Shown piece by piece: positions 31,416-42,037 of a stretch of DNA of 64,000 nt. How positions within the stretch are numbered: position 1 is the stretch's first letter; every line of letters starts with the position of its first letter. Source of the stretch: Candidatus Cloacimonadales bacterium (GTDB lineage: Bacteria; Cloacimonadota; Cloacimonadia; Cloacimonadales; JAFGVF01). The stretch is taken from NCBI GenBank assembly GCA_963667035.1, contig OY762964.1, forward strand, positions 1,408,001 to 1,472,000, given 5' to 3'. The notes beneath the pieces are model-generated. The model ran no database searches and was not told where the DNA came from. It worked only from the letters and a program-made list of their open reading frames with translations. The position numbers and the translations under genes were made by a program.

Positions 31416-31805
31416 ACACACGCTGGTATTTTAGTTTCATGCTGTTAACAGTATGATAAAATAGCTTGACTCATAGTTAGTGATTAATGAACGTGATTTG
31501 ATAAATCTTAGATAAAAGGAATGTTGCGTAATGCAGGAAGAAATAAAGTATCTACTTCAATATGAAGCTATAGTACATTTATATATTACAATTACCTCTT
31601 TTTTCGGTAAATTTGTAAGTTCTTTCCGCTCATTAACCAGATATAAGTGGCTAATTATTCTAACCGAATTGAACTTCTTATTAGCCATCCGCAAGTATAC
31701 CTGTCAGATTCCTTTTCATCCTCTAGTACTAAGATTATAGACTACTTTCCCCACTTCAAACAACAAATAATATAAAAAAATCATAAAAAACAGGAGAAGT
31801 AGAAC

Positions 31806-33452
31806 ATGAAAAACAGATCAGTTCGAGGAATATTAATATTCCTGTTTATACTTCTGTCCATCTATTTTACCCTTCAATTTGTGCAGGGTATTCCTTGGGG
31901 TTGGGCTCAGAAGAAACTGAATCTTGGTTTAGATTTGAAGGGTGGTATGCAACTGCTTCTGGAAGTTGACTTTAGTGAAGTTAACATTAATAAAGCAGAC
32001 AGAGAAAACGCTGTTCAATCTGCCATTGAAATTATTAGAAATCGTATCGACCAATTTGGTGTTACAGAACCTTCAATCCAGAGAATCGGTGACAACAGAA
32101 TTCTTGTTCAGTTACCGGGTATTCAAGAATTTGACAGAGCTAAAAACCTTATCGGTCGTACAGCTCGACTTGAATTCAAACTTGTTGCAGAACAGGATGA
32201 ATATGAAAAAGTACTCACTAGTATTGATGATTACTTAAAGAAAAATATTGAGAAATACAGTTTCCTTAGTGAAATCACTGAAGACCTTGCTGTTGCAGAT
32301 TCTAATATTGCTTCTGATATTCTTAAAGATGATTCAGCTGCAACTAATGATTCCACTGCTACAGAAACTGTTGAAACTGATCTTCTAAACGAAAAGGATA
32401 AAGTCTTCACTAATCTTATCAACAGTGGTGGTAGACCTTATACTATAGCTTATGATTATGTACCTTTCTTCAAGAAGTTACTCGAAGATCCTGCATTCAA
32501 AAGATCATTCCCATCTAACTATCAGTTAGCTCTTAGTAAAGATGACAAAAATGATCCGAAAGCAGATAGAGGTGTATACGTATTATATTCTAATGCTGAA
32601 ATCACAGGTGATTACTTAGATGATGCTCATACATCAACAGGCAAAAACATGAGTGATCCCAACACTTATAACAAACCAATCATTAACCTTGAGTTCAACA
32701 GAAACGGTGCTAAGAAATTTGCGAATATTACTGGTCAGAACAGAAACCGCATGCTAGCTATTGTACTTGACGATGTTGTTTATATGGCTCCAAGAATCAA
32801 TGATCGTATTCCTGATGGAAGAGCTATTATCAGTGGCGTTTTCAATATGGCAGAAGCTCATGACCTTGTTATCGTTCTTAAAGCTGGTAACTTACCTGCT
32901 CCAGTAGAGATTATAGAGCGTAAAGATGTTGGTGCTACTTTAGGTACAGATAGTATAAAAGCCGGTCAAATGGCAGGTCTCATAGGATTAGTTATTGTTG
33001 CAATATTCATGCTAGTTTATTATAAAGTCGGTGGATTGTTCGCAAACATAGCTTTAGTATTAAACATTGGTTTCACACTTTCTGTGCTTACACTGTTTGG
33101 TGCTACTCTTACCATGCCCGGTATTGCTGGTTTAATCCTTACAATTGGTATGGCTGTTGACGCTAACGTTCTTATCTTCGAAAGAATCAGAGAAGAGCTT
33201 GATCTTGGTAAAACAGTTAGAAGTGCTGTTGATGCAGGTTTTTCAAGAGCTATTATCACAATTGCCGATGCAAACATAACTACTTTGATTGCAGCAATTG
33301 TTCTTTATAACTTCGGAACAGGTCCTATTCGCGGATTTGCTGTTACTTTAGGAATCGGTATTGTCGGTTCTATGTTTACTGCTATCGTATTTGTTAAAGC
33401 ATTATTCGATACTTTTGTAACTAGTGGCAAACGCGAAAAGCTGAGCATTTAG
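31806..33452 (+). CDS. secD: Protein translocase subunit SecD
   Basis: LGLDLKGG, RIDQFGVTEP, GMAVDANVLIFERIREE. Confidence 0.96.
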   Translation: MKNRSVRGILIFLFILLSIYFTLQFVQGIPWGWAQKKLNLGLDLKGGMQLLLEVDFSEVNINKADRENAVQSAIEIIRNRIDQFGVTEPSIQRIGDNRILVQLPGIQEFDRAKNLIGRTARLEFKLVAEQDEYEKVLTSIDDYLKKNIEKYSFLSEITEDLAVADSNIASDILKDDSAATNDSTATETVETDLLNEKDKVFTNLINSGGRPYTIAYDYVPFFKKLLEDPAFKRSFPSNYQLALSKDDKNDPKADRGVYVLYSNAEITGDYLDDAHTSTGKNMSDPNTYNKPIINLEFNRNGAKKFANITGQNRNRMLAIVLDDVVYMAPRINDRIPDGRAIISGVFNMAEAHDLVIVLKAGNLPAPVEIIERKDVGATLGTDSIKAGQMAGLIGLVIVAIFMLVYYKVGGLFANIALVLNIGFTLSVLTLFGATLTMPGIAGLILTIGMAVDANVLIFERIREELDLGKTVRSAVDAGFSRAIITIADANITTLIAAIVLYNFGTGPIRGFAVTLGIGIVGSMFTAIVFVKALFDTFVTSGKREKLSI

Positions 33453-33461
33453 GAGGTCACC

Positions 33462-34424
33462 GTGAGATTATTAACAAATACAAACTTCCAATTCATAGAA
33501 AAGCGTAAGATTGCCTACATGATTTCTGCTTTAGTAATTGTGGCCGGGATTATTGCTATGGTCATCAATGGAGGTCCAAAATATGGTATCGATTTCACCG
33601 GTGGTATCTCTTTAGAGCTTGATTTCACTCCTGTGAAAGAAGGTGTTAAGCCGGTTGAGATTGATGCTATTCGTGATGTAATGAAGAAAGTTGGTCAAAG
33701 TAGTGCTGAGATCCAAAAACTTGGTAAAACCGATAGTCAGATATTCCTTATTAAAGCTCAAACTTCAGAAGATGGAGAACAAATGACTTCAATTCTGAAA
33801 GCTTTTAAAAGTGAATTACCTGAATATGCAAACAAATCTGAAAAAGATTTTGTTCGCTTACAACAAGAAATCGGACCAAGAGTTGGTGAAGAACTTAAAT
33901 GGCAAGCTATCAAGGCTATATTTGTATCACTTATCCTTATGATTATCTACATTTGGATTAGATTCGAACTTACCTTTGGTGTAGCGGCCATAATTGCTCT
34001 TTTCCACGATGTTCTTATCACATTGAGTATTTTCTCATTGTTTGGTAAAGAAATCTCTACAAGTATTGTTGCTGCATTGCTCATGCTTGTTGGTTATTCT
34101 ATCAACGATAGTATCGTTGTTTTTGATAGAATTCGTGAAGATTTAAGAAAACGTCATCGCGATAGCTATGAAGCAGTTTTCAATTTCTCAATTAATAAAA
34201 CACTTAGCAGAACCATCATTACTTCAGGTACAACTATTCTCACAGCGTTGTCACTGTATATCTTTGGTGGAACTGTAATCAAAGATTTCTCTTTTGCTAT
34301 CCTTATCGGTGTTATTACCGGTACATATTCTTCAATCTTTGTTGCTAGTCCTATCGTTGTTGATTGGTTTAATGCAACCAAGAAAGATCATCCTCGTTTC
34401 AAAAAAATGACAGGTCGCAAATAG
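33462..34424 (+). CDS. secF: Protein translocase subunit SecF
   Basis: GIDFTGG, GYSINDSIVVFDRIRE, TLSRTIITS. Confidence 0.96.
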   Translation: MRLLTNTNFQFIEKRKIAYMISALVIVAGIIAMVINGGPKYGIDFTGGISLELDFTPVKEGVKPVEIDAIRDVMKKVGQSSAEIQKLGKTDSQIFLIKAQTSEDGEQMTSILKAFKSELPEYANKSEKDFVRLQQEIGPRVGEELKWQAIKAIFVSLILMIIYIWIRFELTFGVAAIIALFHDVLITLSIFSLFGKEISTSIVAALLMLVGYSINDSIVVFDRIREDLRKRHRDSYEAVFNFSINKTLSRTIITSGTTILTALSLYIFGGTVIKDFSFAILIGVITGTYSSIFVASPIVVDWFNATKKDHPRFKKMTGRK

Positions 34425-34441
34425 TAGAAAGTGTATACATT

Positions 34442-34475
34442 AAGAAAGCTGTCGCACGACAGCTTTCTTTTTTTT
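34442..34475 (+). terminator. Rho-independent terminator
   Basis: aagaaagctgtcg/cgacagctttctt plus T run. Confidence 0.85.
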
Positions 34476-34544
34476 GACTCATTCTTGTTGACAAATCAAT
34501 CACCTTATTAGCCTTTTAAAATTAAAACTATAAAAGATGTAACC

Positions 34545-36434
34545 ATGGAAACATTAAAAAAAGTATACAAAATAGCACTTAAAAACTGGAAGTACTTAGT
34601 CGGTAGTATCATTGCAATGCTTATCTTCACTGTCTTTAGTGGGCTAAGTATCACAATGATTGTACCAATTCTTGATTATGTATTTGTTGAAACTCCCAAA
34701 GAAGTTACGATCACATCTGCAGGTGAATTTCTTTCTGAATCGAATAAGATTCTTACACAATTCTTTAGTGAACATTCAATATTAAAACTGAATCAGGATG
34801 TCCTCAAAATTCTAGGAGAGCAGTTTGAAACCCTTTGCATGAAGACCGACTCCTACATGCTTCTTTGGTTAATTAGCCTTGGTTTTATCTCAATATATCT
34901 TCTTAAGAATATCTTTTTCTATCTTAATAGACTATTCTCTCTCACACTTAGAGGAAGAACTGTATATGAGTTAAGAACAAGTTTGTTTAATAAGTACTTG
35001 TATCAATCCATGGCTTTCTTTCAAGGCAATAAAACAGGTGATTCTCTTGTTAGAATGATTTCAGATATACAGATAGTGAGTGATCAGTTTATCGGCTCAA
35101 TACTAGCTATTCTGCGAAATTTCTCTTTAGTTGTAATGTACGGTTATATTGCAATAGCTATTAACTCTAGACTATTTTTAATAATTTTACTGGTTTTACC
35201 GGGTTTCGGCTGGTTAATCAACTTCATAGGGAAAAAGCTAAAGAAATATGCAAAACGTCAACAAGGGCAGTATTCTACTATGTTCTCCTATATGGAAGAA
35301 GTACTTAGTAATATGAAAATAGTTAAAGCTTTCTCTAGAGAGAAATCTGAAGAAGATAAGTTTCGTTTAGTTAGTTTCAGATACTATAAGCTCTGGAGAA
35401 AATCCAATATATATACAAGTTTCAATGTTCCTATTTCAGAGCTTTCCAGTGCTGTTATGGGGGCTGTTTTGCTTATTATAGGTGGACGGCTTGTACTAGA
35501 TCAAGCTACAGGATTTTCTATAGGTAACTTTATGGCATTTTTATTTGCTATTTTTTCAACAATGCATCCTCTTAAAGAACTTACGAAATCATACTCCAGT
35601 ATTCGAAAAGGTCTTGTCTCTCTAGATAGAGTAGGTGAAATTCTTAATAGAGATGAGGAAGTTACGGAAATTGCTAATCCAATTCATATTAATGGATTTA
35701 ATAATTCAATCTCATTTGAAAAGACAGTTTTCTCTTACGATAAAGAAAATGATGTACTAAAGGCTATAAATTTAGTAATCAATAAGGGCGAAAGAGTTGC
35801 TCTTGTGGGTAATAGTGGATCAGGGAAAACTACTTTGGTTAATCTCTTACTACGCTTCTATGATGTTACAGGTGGAGATATTAAAATTGACGGGAAATCA
35901 ATAAGTTCTCTAGCTGTTGACGATTTAAGAAGTTTGTATGGTTATGTGACTCAAGAATCCATTCTTTTCAATTCAACAGTTGCAGAAAACATCTCTTATG
36001 GGTGTAAAGAAGGACTAACTTTGGATAGGATAAAAGAAGCTGCTGAAATAGCTTATGCAGATGAATTTATCAAAACGATGCCTAAACAGTATGATGCTGA
36101 GATTTCTCCTAAAGCATCTAATCTCTCAGGTGGTCAAAAGCAACGACTTTGTATTGCAAGGGCTATTGCAGGCAATCCACCTATCCTCATTTTCGATGAA
36201 GCGACAAGTGCATTGGATACTGAATCAGAACAGAAAGTACAACAAGCCATTGAGAATGCTACAGCTCATAGAACTGTAATTATGATAGCACATAGGCTTT
36301 CTACTGTCATATCAGCAGATAAGATTGTAGTTATGGATAAAGGAGAGATTGTTGGTATTGGAAAGCATAATGAACTTCTTGAGACTTGTCCTCGCTATCA
36401 AACGCTATATAACATGCAATTTAATGCAGGATAG
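34545..36434 (+). CDS. MsbA-like ABC exporter (TM + NBD)
   Basis: GNSGSGKT, LSGGQKQR, DEATSALD, IAHRLST. Confidence 0.9.
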   Translation: METLKKVYKIALKNWKYLVGSIIAMLIFTVFSGLSITMIVPILDYVFVETPKEVTITSAGEFLSESNKILTQFFSEHSILKLNQDVLKILGEQFETLCMKTDSYMLLWLISLGFISIYLLKNIFFYLNRLFSLTLRGRTVYELRTSLFNKYLYQSMAFFQGNKTGDSLVRMISDIQIVSDQFIGSILAILRNFSLVVMYGYIAIAINSRLFLIILLVLPGFGWLINFIGKKLKKYAKRQQGQYSTMFSYMEEVLSNMKIVKAFSREKSEEDKFRLVSFRYYKLWRKSNIYTSFNVPISELSSAVMGAVLLIIGGRLVLDQATGFSIGNFMAFLFAIFSTMHPLKELTKSYSSIRKGLVSLDRVGEILNRDEEVTEIANPIHINGFNNSISFEKTVFSYDKENDVLKAINLVINKGERVALVGNSGSGKTTLVNLLLRFYDVTGGDIKIDGKSISSLAVDDLRSLYGYVTQESILFNSTVAENISYGCKEGLTLDRIKEAAEIAYADEFIKTMPKQYDAEISPKASNLSGGQKQRLCIARAIAGNPPILIFDEATSALDTESEQKVQQAIENATAHRTVIMIAHRLSTVISADKIVVMDKGEIVGIGKHNELLETCPRYQTLYNMQFNAG

Positions 36435-37371
36435 TGTGAAAAAGTTCCTTTTATTCATCTTAGTATGTTCTTCGTTAGCATTGTCAGCCCAACCTATTCT
36501 TTTTGATTCTAAAATGAGTATTGATTCTGATTCATTACGATTTACTTTCAATCTGTATAATATACCTTCTGGATCTAAGATAGTTCTATCTCTGAAATCA
36601 GGTAATGATAATAGTATGGTTTATAAAGATATTAATAAGGACATTATTACCGAACAAAATAGAACAATAACTATACCGCTTCAGGATATTGATGAGTATA
36701 GGTTTTACTTATCTTCAAATGATCTCTTGTATTCTGAAATGGTTTATGTTCCCGCTGGAAGATATAATTTTGAACGAAAAGAGAAGTTAGTTGAACAGAT
36801 TTCGCTAAATGCCTTTTATATTAGTAAGTATGAAGTTAGTAATGAGCAATTCAAACAATTTATTATGGCTGATGGATATGATAGTGAGAACAAATGGTTA
36901 ATAGACAAAGGATTAATGAAAGACCCTAACATTGGATGGTTCTATCAAGGATTAAAGCGTATTACTAAACCTCTTCAATGGAATTATAATAAAGAACCAT
37001 GGTATATTGATGCCAGTCTTAACAGACCAAGTGATCCAGTAACGGGAGTAACTTGGTTTGAAATAAATGCTTTTTGTAATACTATGAACGTTTCTTTACC
37101 TAGTAACAGTCAAATTGAGATGCTATTCCCTACATCAATAGCAAATCCTATTCAAAAGGAAGTTAGCTCAAGAACACGAGATATTATCTCAGGAGTATCT
37201 GAGTGGACTCTTACTGGAACTCCTCCGGCATCATCATCTTGTGGTGGTTGCAATGAGATGATATGTTTACAGAATAGTGAAGAAATCGAATCTCAATATC
37301 CGATAGAGAAGTTCAAGTGCCCTTTATATAGAAATTCAAGTTTAGGTTTCAGATATGTTATCAATAAATAG
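36424..37371 (+). CDS. Secreted FGE-sulfatase (SUMF1)-domain protein
   Basis: FYISKYEVSNEQF, PVTGVTW, GVSEWT, GFR; signal peptide. Confidence 0.75.
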   Translation: MQDSVKKFLLFILVCSSLALSAQPILFDSKMSIDSDSLRFTFNLYNIPSGSKIVLSLKSGNDNSMVYKDINKDIITEQNRTITIPLQDIDEYRFYLSSNDLLYSEMVYVPAGRYNFERKEKLVEQISLNAFYISKYEVSNEQFKQFIMADGYDSENKWLIDKGLMKDPNIGWFYQGLKRITKPLQWNYNKEPWYIDASLNRPSDPVTGVTWFEINAFCNTMNVSLPSNSQIEMLFPTSIANPIQKEVSSRTRDIISGVSEWTLTGTPPASSSCGGCNEMICLQNSEEIESQYPIEKFKCPLYRNSSLGFRYVINK

Positions 37372-37615
37372 AATCACTATGTTTACGGCAATGCTTTTAC
37401 TTTCAATTAACTTGTTATCTCATCCCCATCTATTTCTTGATAATAGAATAAATATTGCTCCTCTCAATTCCGACTCATTACTCATATAGACTGAATGGAA
37501 GTTCGACCCATATTTCTCGTTAAGCTTAATAGAAGACTTCGACTTTAATAGAAATAGTATTATAGAAAAGAATGAAGTTGATTTTCCATTGTGTGGTAAA
37601 CTTCCAGTTCAATAG
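37355..37615 (+). pseudogene. DUF1007-like periplasmic protein, truncated, with in-frame TAG
   Basis: Signal peptide + HPHLFLD...LI*TEWKFDPYFS..DFDFN; TAG at 37487. Confidence 0.65.
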
Positions 37616-37631
37616 TTTAGTATCATTCTAA

Positions 37632-38285
37632 ATGATTAGATATATTATTCCTTTACTATTCACGTTTTCTGTTACTTTTGTTCAAGCAAATCCTCTAATT
37701 GGAGATAAAAAAAGCTCTTACAGTAAAGGATTCGATTAACACATACTAACAATCATGTTCGACTATCTTCTTTTATAAACCTTTACTTAAGTTGCAAAGA
37801 GATATAAGAACAAGTATGTTTCATTCAAACAGCAAGCTAAATACTACTAAGGGATTTATTACTTTTTGCTATTGATTATTAAAAGTATGAGTAACCTATC
37901 AATCATAAAAGATTCAGAATCTATTATTAGATTTACTCAGTTATCTTACTTCGCAATAATCATAATTATTGGTGCTTCAATGATTGTAAAAAAACATAGA
38001 AAAAATAGTGTTATGAATTTACCTCTTGGGACACTAATATTTGCAATTGGATTCGTTCCATGTCCAGCTACTTTGATTGTTTTAAACTATCTATTGCTTA
38101 CTAATAATGATTTGGTAAGATTAATTATTGCAACTCTATCTATCGGTCTTGGAATAAGTGTGAGCCTTACAATCTTTTCTCTCTTATCATATAGATTTCT
38201 TCAAACAAAGTCTACTAGAGTGACGATGTGGACTACTTTCATGATTGTTTTTGCTTTAATCAGTATCATCATATTCACAAGATAG
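37632..38285 (+). pseudogene. Decayed RcnA/HoxN-like Ni/Co transporter
   Basis: Fragments MIRY..ANPL, LQRDIR and GFVPCPAT..IGLGISVSL in broken frames. Confidence 0.55.
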
Positions 38286-38621
38286 ATTACTCACATCCAG
38301 ATACTACTTATCTACTGGATGTGCATTAATTATTAACTAGCTAATTATTTTTATTGACCGTATTGGTACATTAGTAATATTTGTTTCTGTAGGTTCAACA
38401 GAGAATAATATTAAACACATCTTAAATCAAAGAGAGTTGTAGTATATCCAATTGATTGATAAATTATTAGACTTAGTTATATATAACTGTAACTTCAATG
38501 AAGTAAACAGAGAAAATTTGAATTGATTAAGATGTGTGAAAATCTCCGTATGCGAGGAAACTTCAATTTAGATTATTAGTAAAACCTCGGAGCTAAACAA
38601 AATTAGCTCCGAATTATTTGT

Positions 38622-39296
38622 TTACTCACCTGAATAAAAATTGTGAAACACTTGTTTGTTCTGTGCTAACAAATCAGGATTTGTTAAGTCGTTTTTTGAT
38701 AGTTTCCTTGCAGCTTCTTCGGATTCAAGATTTTCACGTCTCATTTTTTCTCCCGCTTCAAAAGTCATTTCAGGATGAAACTGAGTTCCCCAAATCCTTT
38801 TGTTGATAACTCGATATGCCTGCACTTCACATTCAGGAGAAGAAGCTAGAATTGTGAAGCAATCCGTAAGATTGCATACTTCGTCATAGTGAGACTGTGC
38901 AAACACAGGATTATGTATTCCTGCAAAAAGTTCATCTTGCTTTATATCAACTTTATGCCAACCAAACTCCGGGACAAGAACTCTCCTACAAGCAGAATCA
39001 CCGATAATAGTTCTTGCAATCATTTGATGCCCATGGCATATTCCATATATTGATTTATCATGAGCAATAAAATCAGATATTAAGGCAATAATATCATTGT
39101 CATATTCACTGCCTTTAGAAGCTGATAACTCAGAGCCTGAAAGCAGTAAATGAGTGTATTTAGATAAATCTTGTTTTACAGGTAGATCTTTTAAATGTTT
39201 GATATCGTATTTCTTATCTTCATATATGTTACGTATCAAACCGTCAAACCTATCTGATGCCTTTGAATCAACAATAGTGTTTAATATTAGAAGCAC
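38622..39296 (-). CDS. Type 1 glutamine amidotransferase
   Basis: GICHGHQ, SHYDEV, TQFHPE. Confidence 0.88.
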   Translation of the reverse strand: MLLILNTIVDSKASDRFDGLIRNIYEDKKYDIKHLKDLPVKQDLSKYTHLLLSGSELSASKGSEYDNDIIALISDFIAHDKSIYGICHGHQMIARTIIGDSACRRVLVPEFGWHKVDIKQDELFAGIHNPVFAQSHYDEVCNLTDCFTILASSPECEVQAYRVINKRIWGTQFHPEMTFEAGEKMRRENLESEEAARKLSKNDLTNPDLLAQNKQVFHNFYSGE

Positions 39297-39314
39297 TAGC
39301 TCTCCCCTTTTATG

Positions 39315-39356
39315 AAAAAGGGCATCTCATATGTTATTAGTTGTATGAGATGCCTT
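39315..39356 (-). terminator. Terminator hairpin
   Basis: ggcatctcata/tatgagatgcc with adjacent A run. Confidence 0.7.
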
Positions 39357-39374
39357 AACATTTAACTATAACTA

Positions 39375-39572
39375 TTAACCGTAATAACTCTCGATTTGTT
39401 CAAGAATCTTTTTGAAAAACTCTCCTGAATTCTCAGGAGTTATCGATTTAGAATCTCCATTATCAAATCTAATTATGACAGTACCAAATTGATTAGTAAT
39501 CTCTCTAATCTTGTGTATAACAACATATTCAGAACCGTTTTGTTCTTCAGAGACATCAATTACTGCTTTCAT
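39375..39572 (-). CDS. Small hypothetical protein
   Basis: GAGGA RBS; operon position. Confidence 0.65.
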   Translation of the reverse strand: MKAVIDVSEEQNGSEYVVIHKIREITNQFGTVIIRFDNGDSKSITPENSGEFFKKILEQIESYYG

Positions 39573-39581
39573 AAGTTCCTC

Positions 39582-40577
39582 TTATTTAACAATGATATCT
39601 TCAATAACTGCTTGTTTTGATTCAAGTGGATTATCTCTATTATCTCTAGGCAATTGTTCAATCTCATGTACTATATCCATTCCACTTGTTACTTTTCCAA
39701 AGACTGTATGCTTTCCATTCAACCAATTAGCTCCCTCTTTCTTAGTAACAATAAAGAACTGTGAGCCGTTAGTGTTAGGTCCGGAATTAGCCATACAAAT
39801 TGTCCCGTACGCAACTTCATGAATCAGTTTACCTTGGGCCTTAACTTCGCCTTTAAAATTAGTTTTAGCTGTGTAATATTCGACCGGATGGTCCATCAAA
39901 GGTTTACCGGATTGACTTTCTTGGCATTTTCTTGCGAGTTCAAGTATATCTTTGTCAGGATTCTGGTTACTTCTTAAATATGGCAATACTACTACTGAGA
40001 ATATAGAAAAAGCCTCATCTTCATTATTAATCTTACCGGCTAAAGCTTCACCTTTCTCATAGCATTCATCCTCAAACTTATAACCCGGGTCACCAGTTCC
40101 ATCGTTAGCTCTGTCTCCATCTTTAGTTTTAGGACATCCGCCTTGTATCATAAAATCAGGAATAACTCTATGAAAATAGATACCATTATAAAAGTCTTCT
40201 TTAGCCAGTTTATCAAAATTAGCTACTGTTTTAGGAGTAAGCTCAGGCCATAACTCCAAAGTTATATCACCCATATTAGTCTTAATTACTGCAACTTGTG
40301 TTTTCATCTCTTTCTTTATATCCTTTTTAACAGGCTTTACAGCTTTATCAGCTTTCACTGTCTCAATTATTTCTTTTTTAGGTATTTCTTTCTTTGCTAC
40401 TTCTTTTTTCTCATCAGTTATAGGTTCTATATTCTGGTCTTCAACAACCTTATTCTCTATAACTCTCTCTGAAACCACAGGCTCATCAGTTTTGCTTCCA
40501 TTCTTTTGCATTATAAAAAAGAATAGACCACCCAATACAACTAATCCAACGAGAATTGCCACAACAGCTTTATTCAT
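39582..40577 (-). CDS. Membrane-anchored cyclophilin-type PPIase
   Basis: FHRVIPDFMIQGG, MANSGPNTNGSQFFI, WLNGKHTVFG. Confidence 0.93.
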   Translation of the reverse strand: MNKAVVAILVGLVVLGGLFFFIMQKNGSKTDEPVVSERVIENKVVEDQNIEPITDEKKEVAKKEIPKKEIIETVKADKAVKPVKKDIKKEMKTQVAVIKTNMGDITLELWPELTPKTVANFDKLAKEDFYNGIYFHRVIPDFMIQGGCPKTKDGDRANDGTGDPGYKFEDECYEKGEALAGKINNEDEAFSIFSVVVLPYLRSNQNPDKDILELARKCQESQSGKPLMDHPVEYYTAKTNFKGEVKAQGKLIHEVAYGTICMANSGPNTNGSQFFIVTKKEGANWLNGKHTVFGKVTSGMDIVHEIEQLPRDNRDNPLESKQAVIEDIIVK

Positions 40578-40591
40578 TAGATTCTCCTCTT

Positions 40592-41314
40592 TTATTTAAA
40601 TGTTTTTAGTTCAGCCTTACCATCGGTAATGACTGCGTAAGTATTATTCATCAACCAATCACCTGTATTGATGTAAACTTTATTTCCTATCTTTTGTCTA
40701 CTAGGATTATGAATATGACCCATAAGAAAAATATCATACTTATAAGCTTTCTTATGAACAAAATCAGTTAATCCTTTACTTTGATCTGAAGTCAGTTTAC
40801 GTGATTTTACTCTATTTCTTGATGTTCTTGAGATTCTTGCTCCTATCTTCAAAGCGAAATCAGGATGAAACAAGCGAGCTATGTATCTTACAATCGGTAA
40901 TCTGATAATTGACCTGAATATATGATAACGTATGTCGTTAACCGTTAATTGATCCCCATGAGCTACATAATACTTCAGATTATCTATCGTCTCTTCGAAT
41001 ACATCTGGATAAATCTCTGCTTTAATCTCATTAACTAGAAACTTTCCAAGCCAGAAATCATGATTTCCGCAAAGATAGATTATTCGACACCCTCTTTTGG
41101 ATAACTCTTTCAGTTTAGCAATCACTGGTATATAAGCTGAAATTGAAACCTTTGACCATTCAATCCATAAATCGAAGATATCGCCATTTAATATTAGCAC
41201 GTCTGCATCATATAGAATAGTATCAAGAAACTCTATAAAACGACCTTTTCTTGCCAAATCATCGTCATTCTCAATGTACTTAATATGAACATCAGAAACA
41301 GAATATACTTTCAT
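40592..41314 (-). CDS. lpxH: UDP-2,3-diacylglucosamine diphosphatase
   Basis: SDVH, GDIFD, GNHD, HGD, GHIH, NTGDW. Confidence 0.8.
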   Translation of the reverse strand: MKVYSVSDVHIKYIENDDDLARKGRFIEFLDTILYDADVLILNGDIFDLWIEWSKVSISAYIPVIAKLKELSKRGCRIIYLCGNHDFWLGKFLVNEIKAEIYPDVFEETIDNLKYYVAHGDQLTVNDIRYHIFRSIIRLPIVRYIARLFHPDFALKIGARISRTSRNRVKSRKLTSDQSKGLTDFVHKKAYKYDIFLMGHIHNPSRQKIGNKVYINTGDWLMNNTYAVITDGKAELKTFK

Positions 41315-41315
41315 C

Positions 41316-41990
41316 TTACTTCACCACAATATAATAATATAGATTAACTCCGAATTTCAGAGCTTTGTCTCTTACTTCAGGTGAATCATTGTGAGTTTCA
41401 GGATCTGCCCAACCGTCAGAGATGTTACTTTCATAAGTATAAAAAAGCATCATTCTCCCATTTGTATCAAATACTCCGAAGCCTCTAGGTCTTTTATCAT
41501 CATGCTTGTGAGTTTTAGGTAATCCCTTGGGAAACTTATAATAGCAATTGTAGATTTCATGATTCTTCGGTAGTTCAACTAATTCATTATCAGGTAGTAT
41601 TGATTGTATTTCCTTTCGAAAAGATTCATCTAATCCATAATCATCATCTACATACAAGAATCCACCTCTTCTAAGATACTCTCTTATATTAGCTTTCTCT
41701 TTAGAAGTAAATTTAACATTACCATGTCCGGTAACATAAATATATGGATATTTGAACAGATCAGGACTTCCAGCTTCAACAATCTCTTGTTTGTTTGGAA
41801 AGCGACAATTAAGCTCTTTATTTAAAACTTCCATCATATTAGTCAATACTTCAGGATTATTATACCAATCTCCTCCACCTTTATACTTCAATCTTGCCAA
41901 AGGTACGGTAGAGTTATCTATAGTAAACGCTGAATAACAAATAGCTATGATTGCTATTATGAGTAGAAAGCTTTTCTTAGAAATATTCAT
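41316..41990 (-). CDS. DUF4159-domain protein
   Basis: ARLKYKGGGDWY, TGHG, GGFLYVDDDYG, DGW. Confidence 0.85.
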   Translation of the reverse strand: MNISKKSFLLIIAIIAICYSAFTIDNSTVPLARLKYKGGGDWYNNPEVLTNMMEVLNKELNCRFPNKQEIVEAGSPDLFKYPYIYVTGHGNVKFTSKEKANIREYLRRGGFLYVDDDYGLDESFRKEIQSILPDNELVELPKNHEIYNCYYKFPKGLPKTHKHDDKRPRGFGVFDTNGRMMLFYTYESNISDGWADPETHNDSPEVRDKALKFGVNLYYYIVVK

Positions 41991-42004
41991 TTTGTAAAAG
42001 AATC

Positions 42005-42031
42005 GCAGAGGATGAATAAATCATCCTCTGC
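42005..42031. terminator. Intergenic hairpin
   Basis: gcagaggatga/tcatcctctgc. Confidence 0.55.
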
Positions 42032-42037
42032 ATAAAT

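Noticed and set aside
37487..37489. Pyrrolysine or stop-codon readthrough at the in-frame TAG
   Set aside because: The gene is also truncated and its neighbour is fragmented; TAG is a normal stop elsewhere (deoC, cysS)
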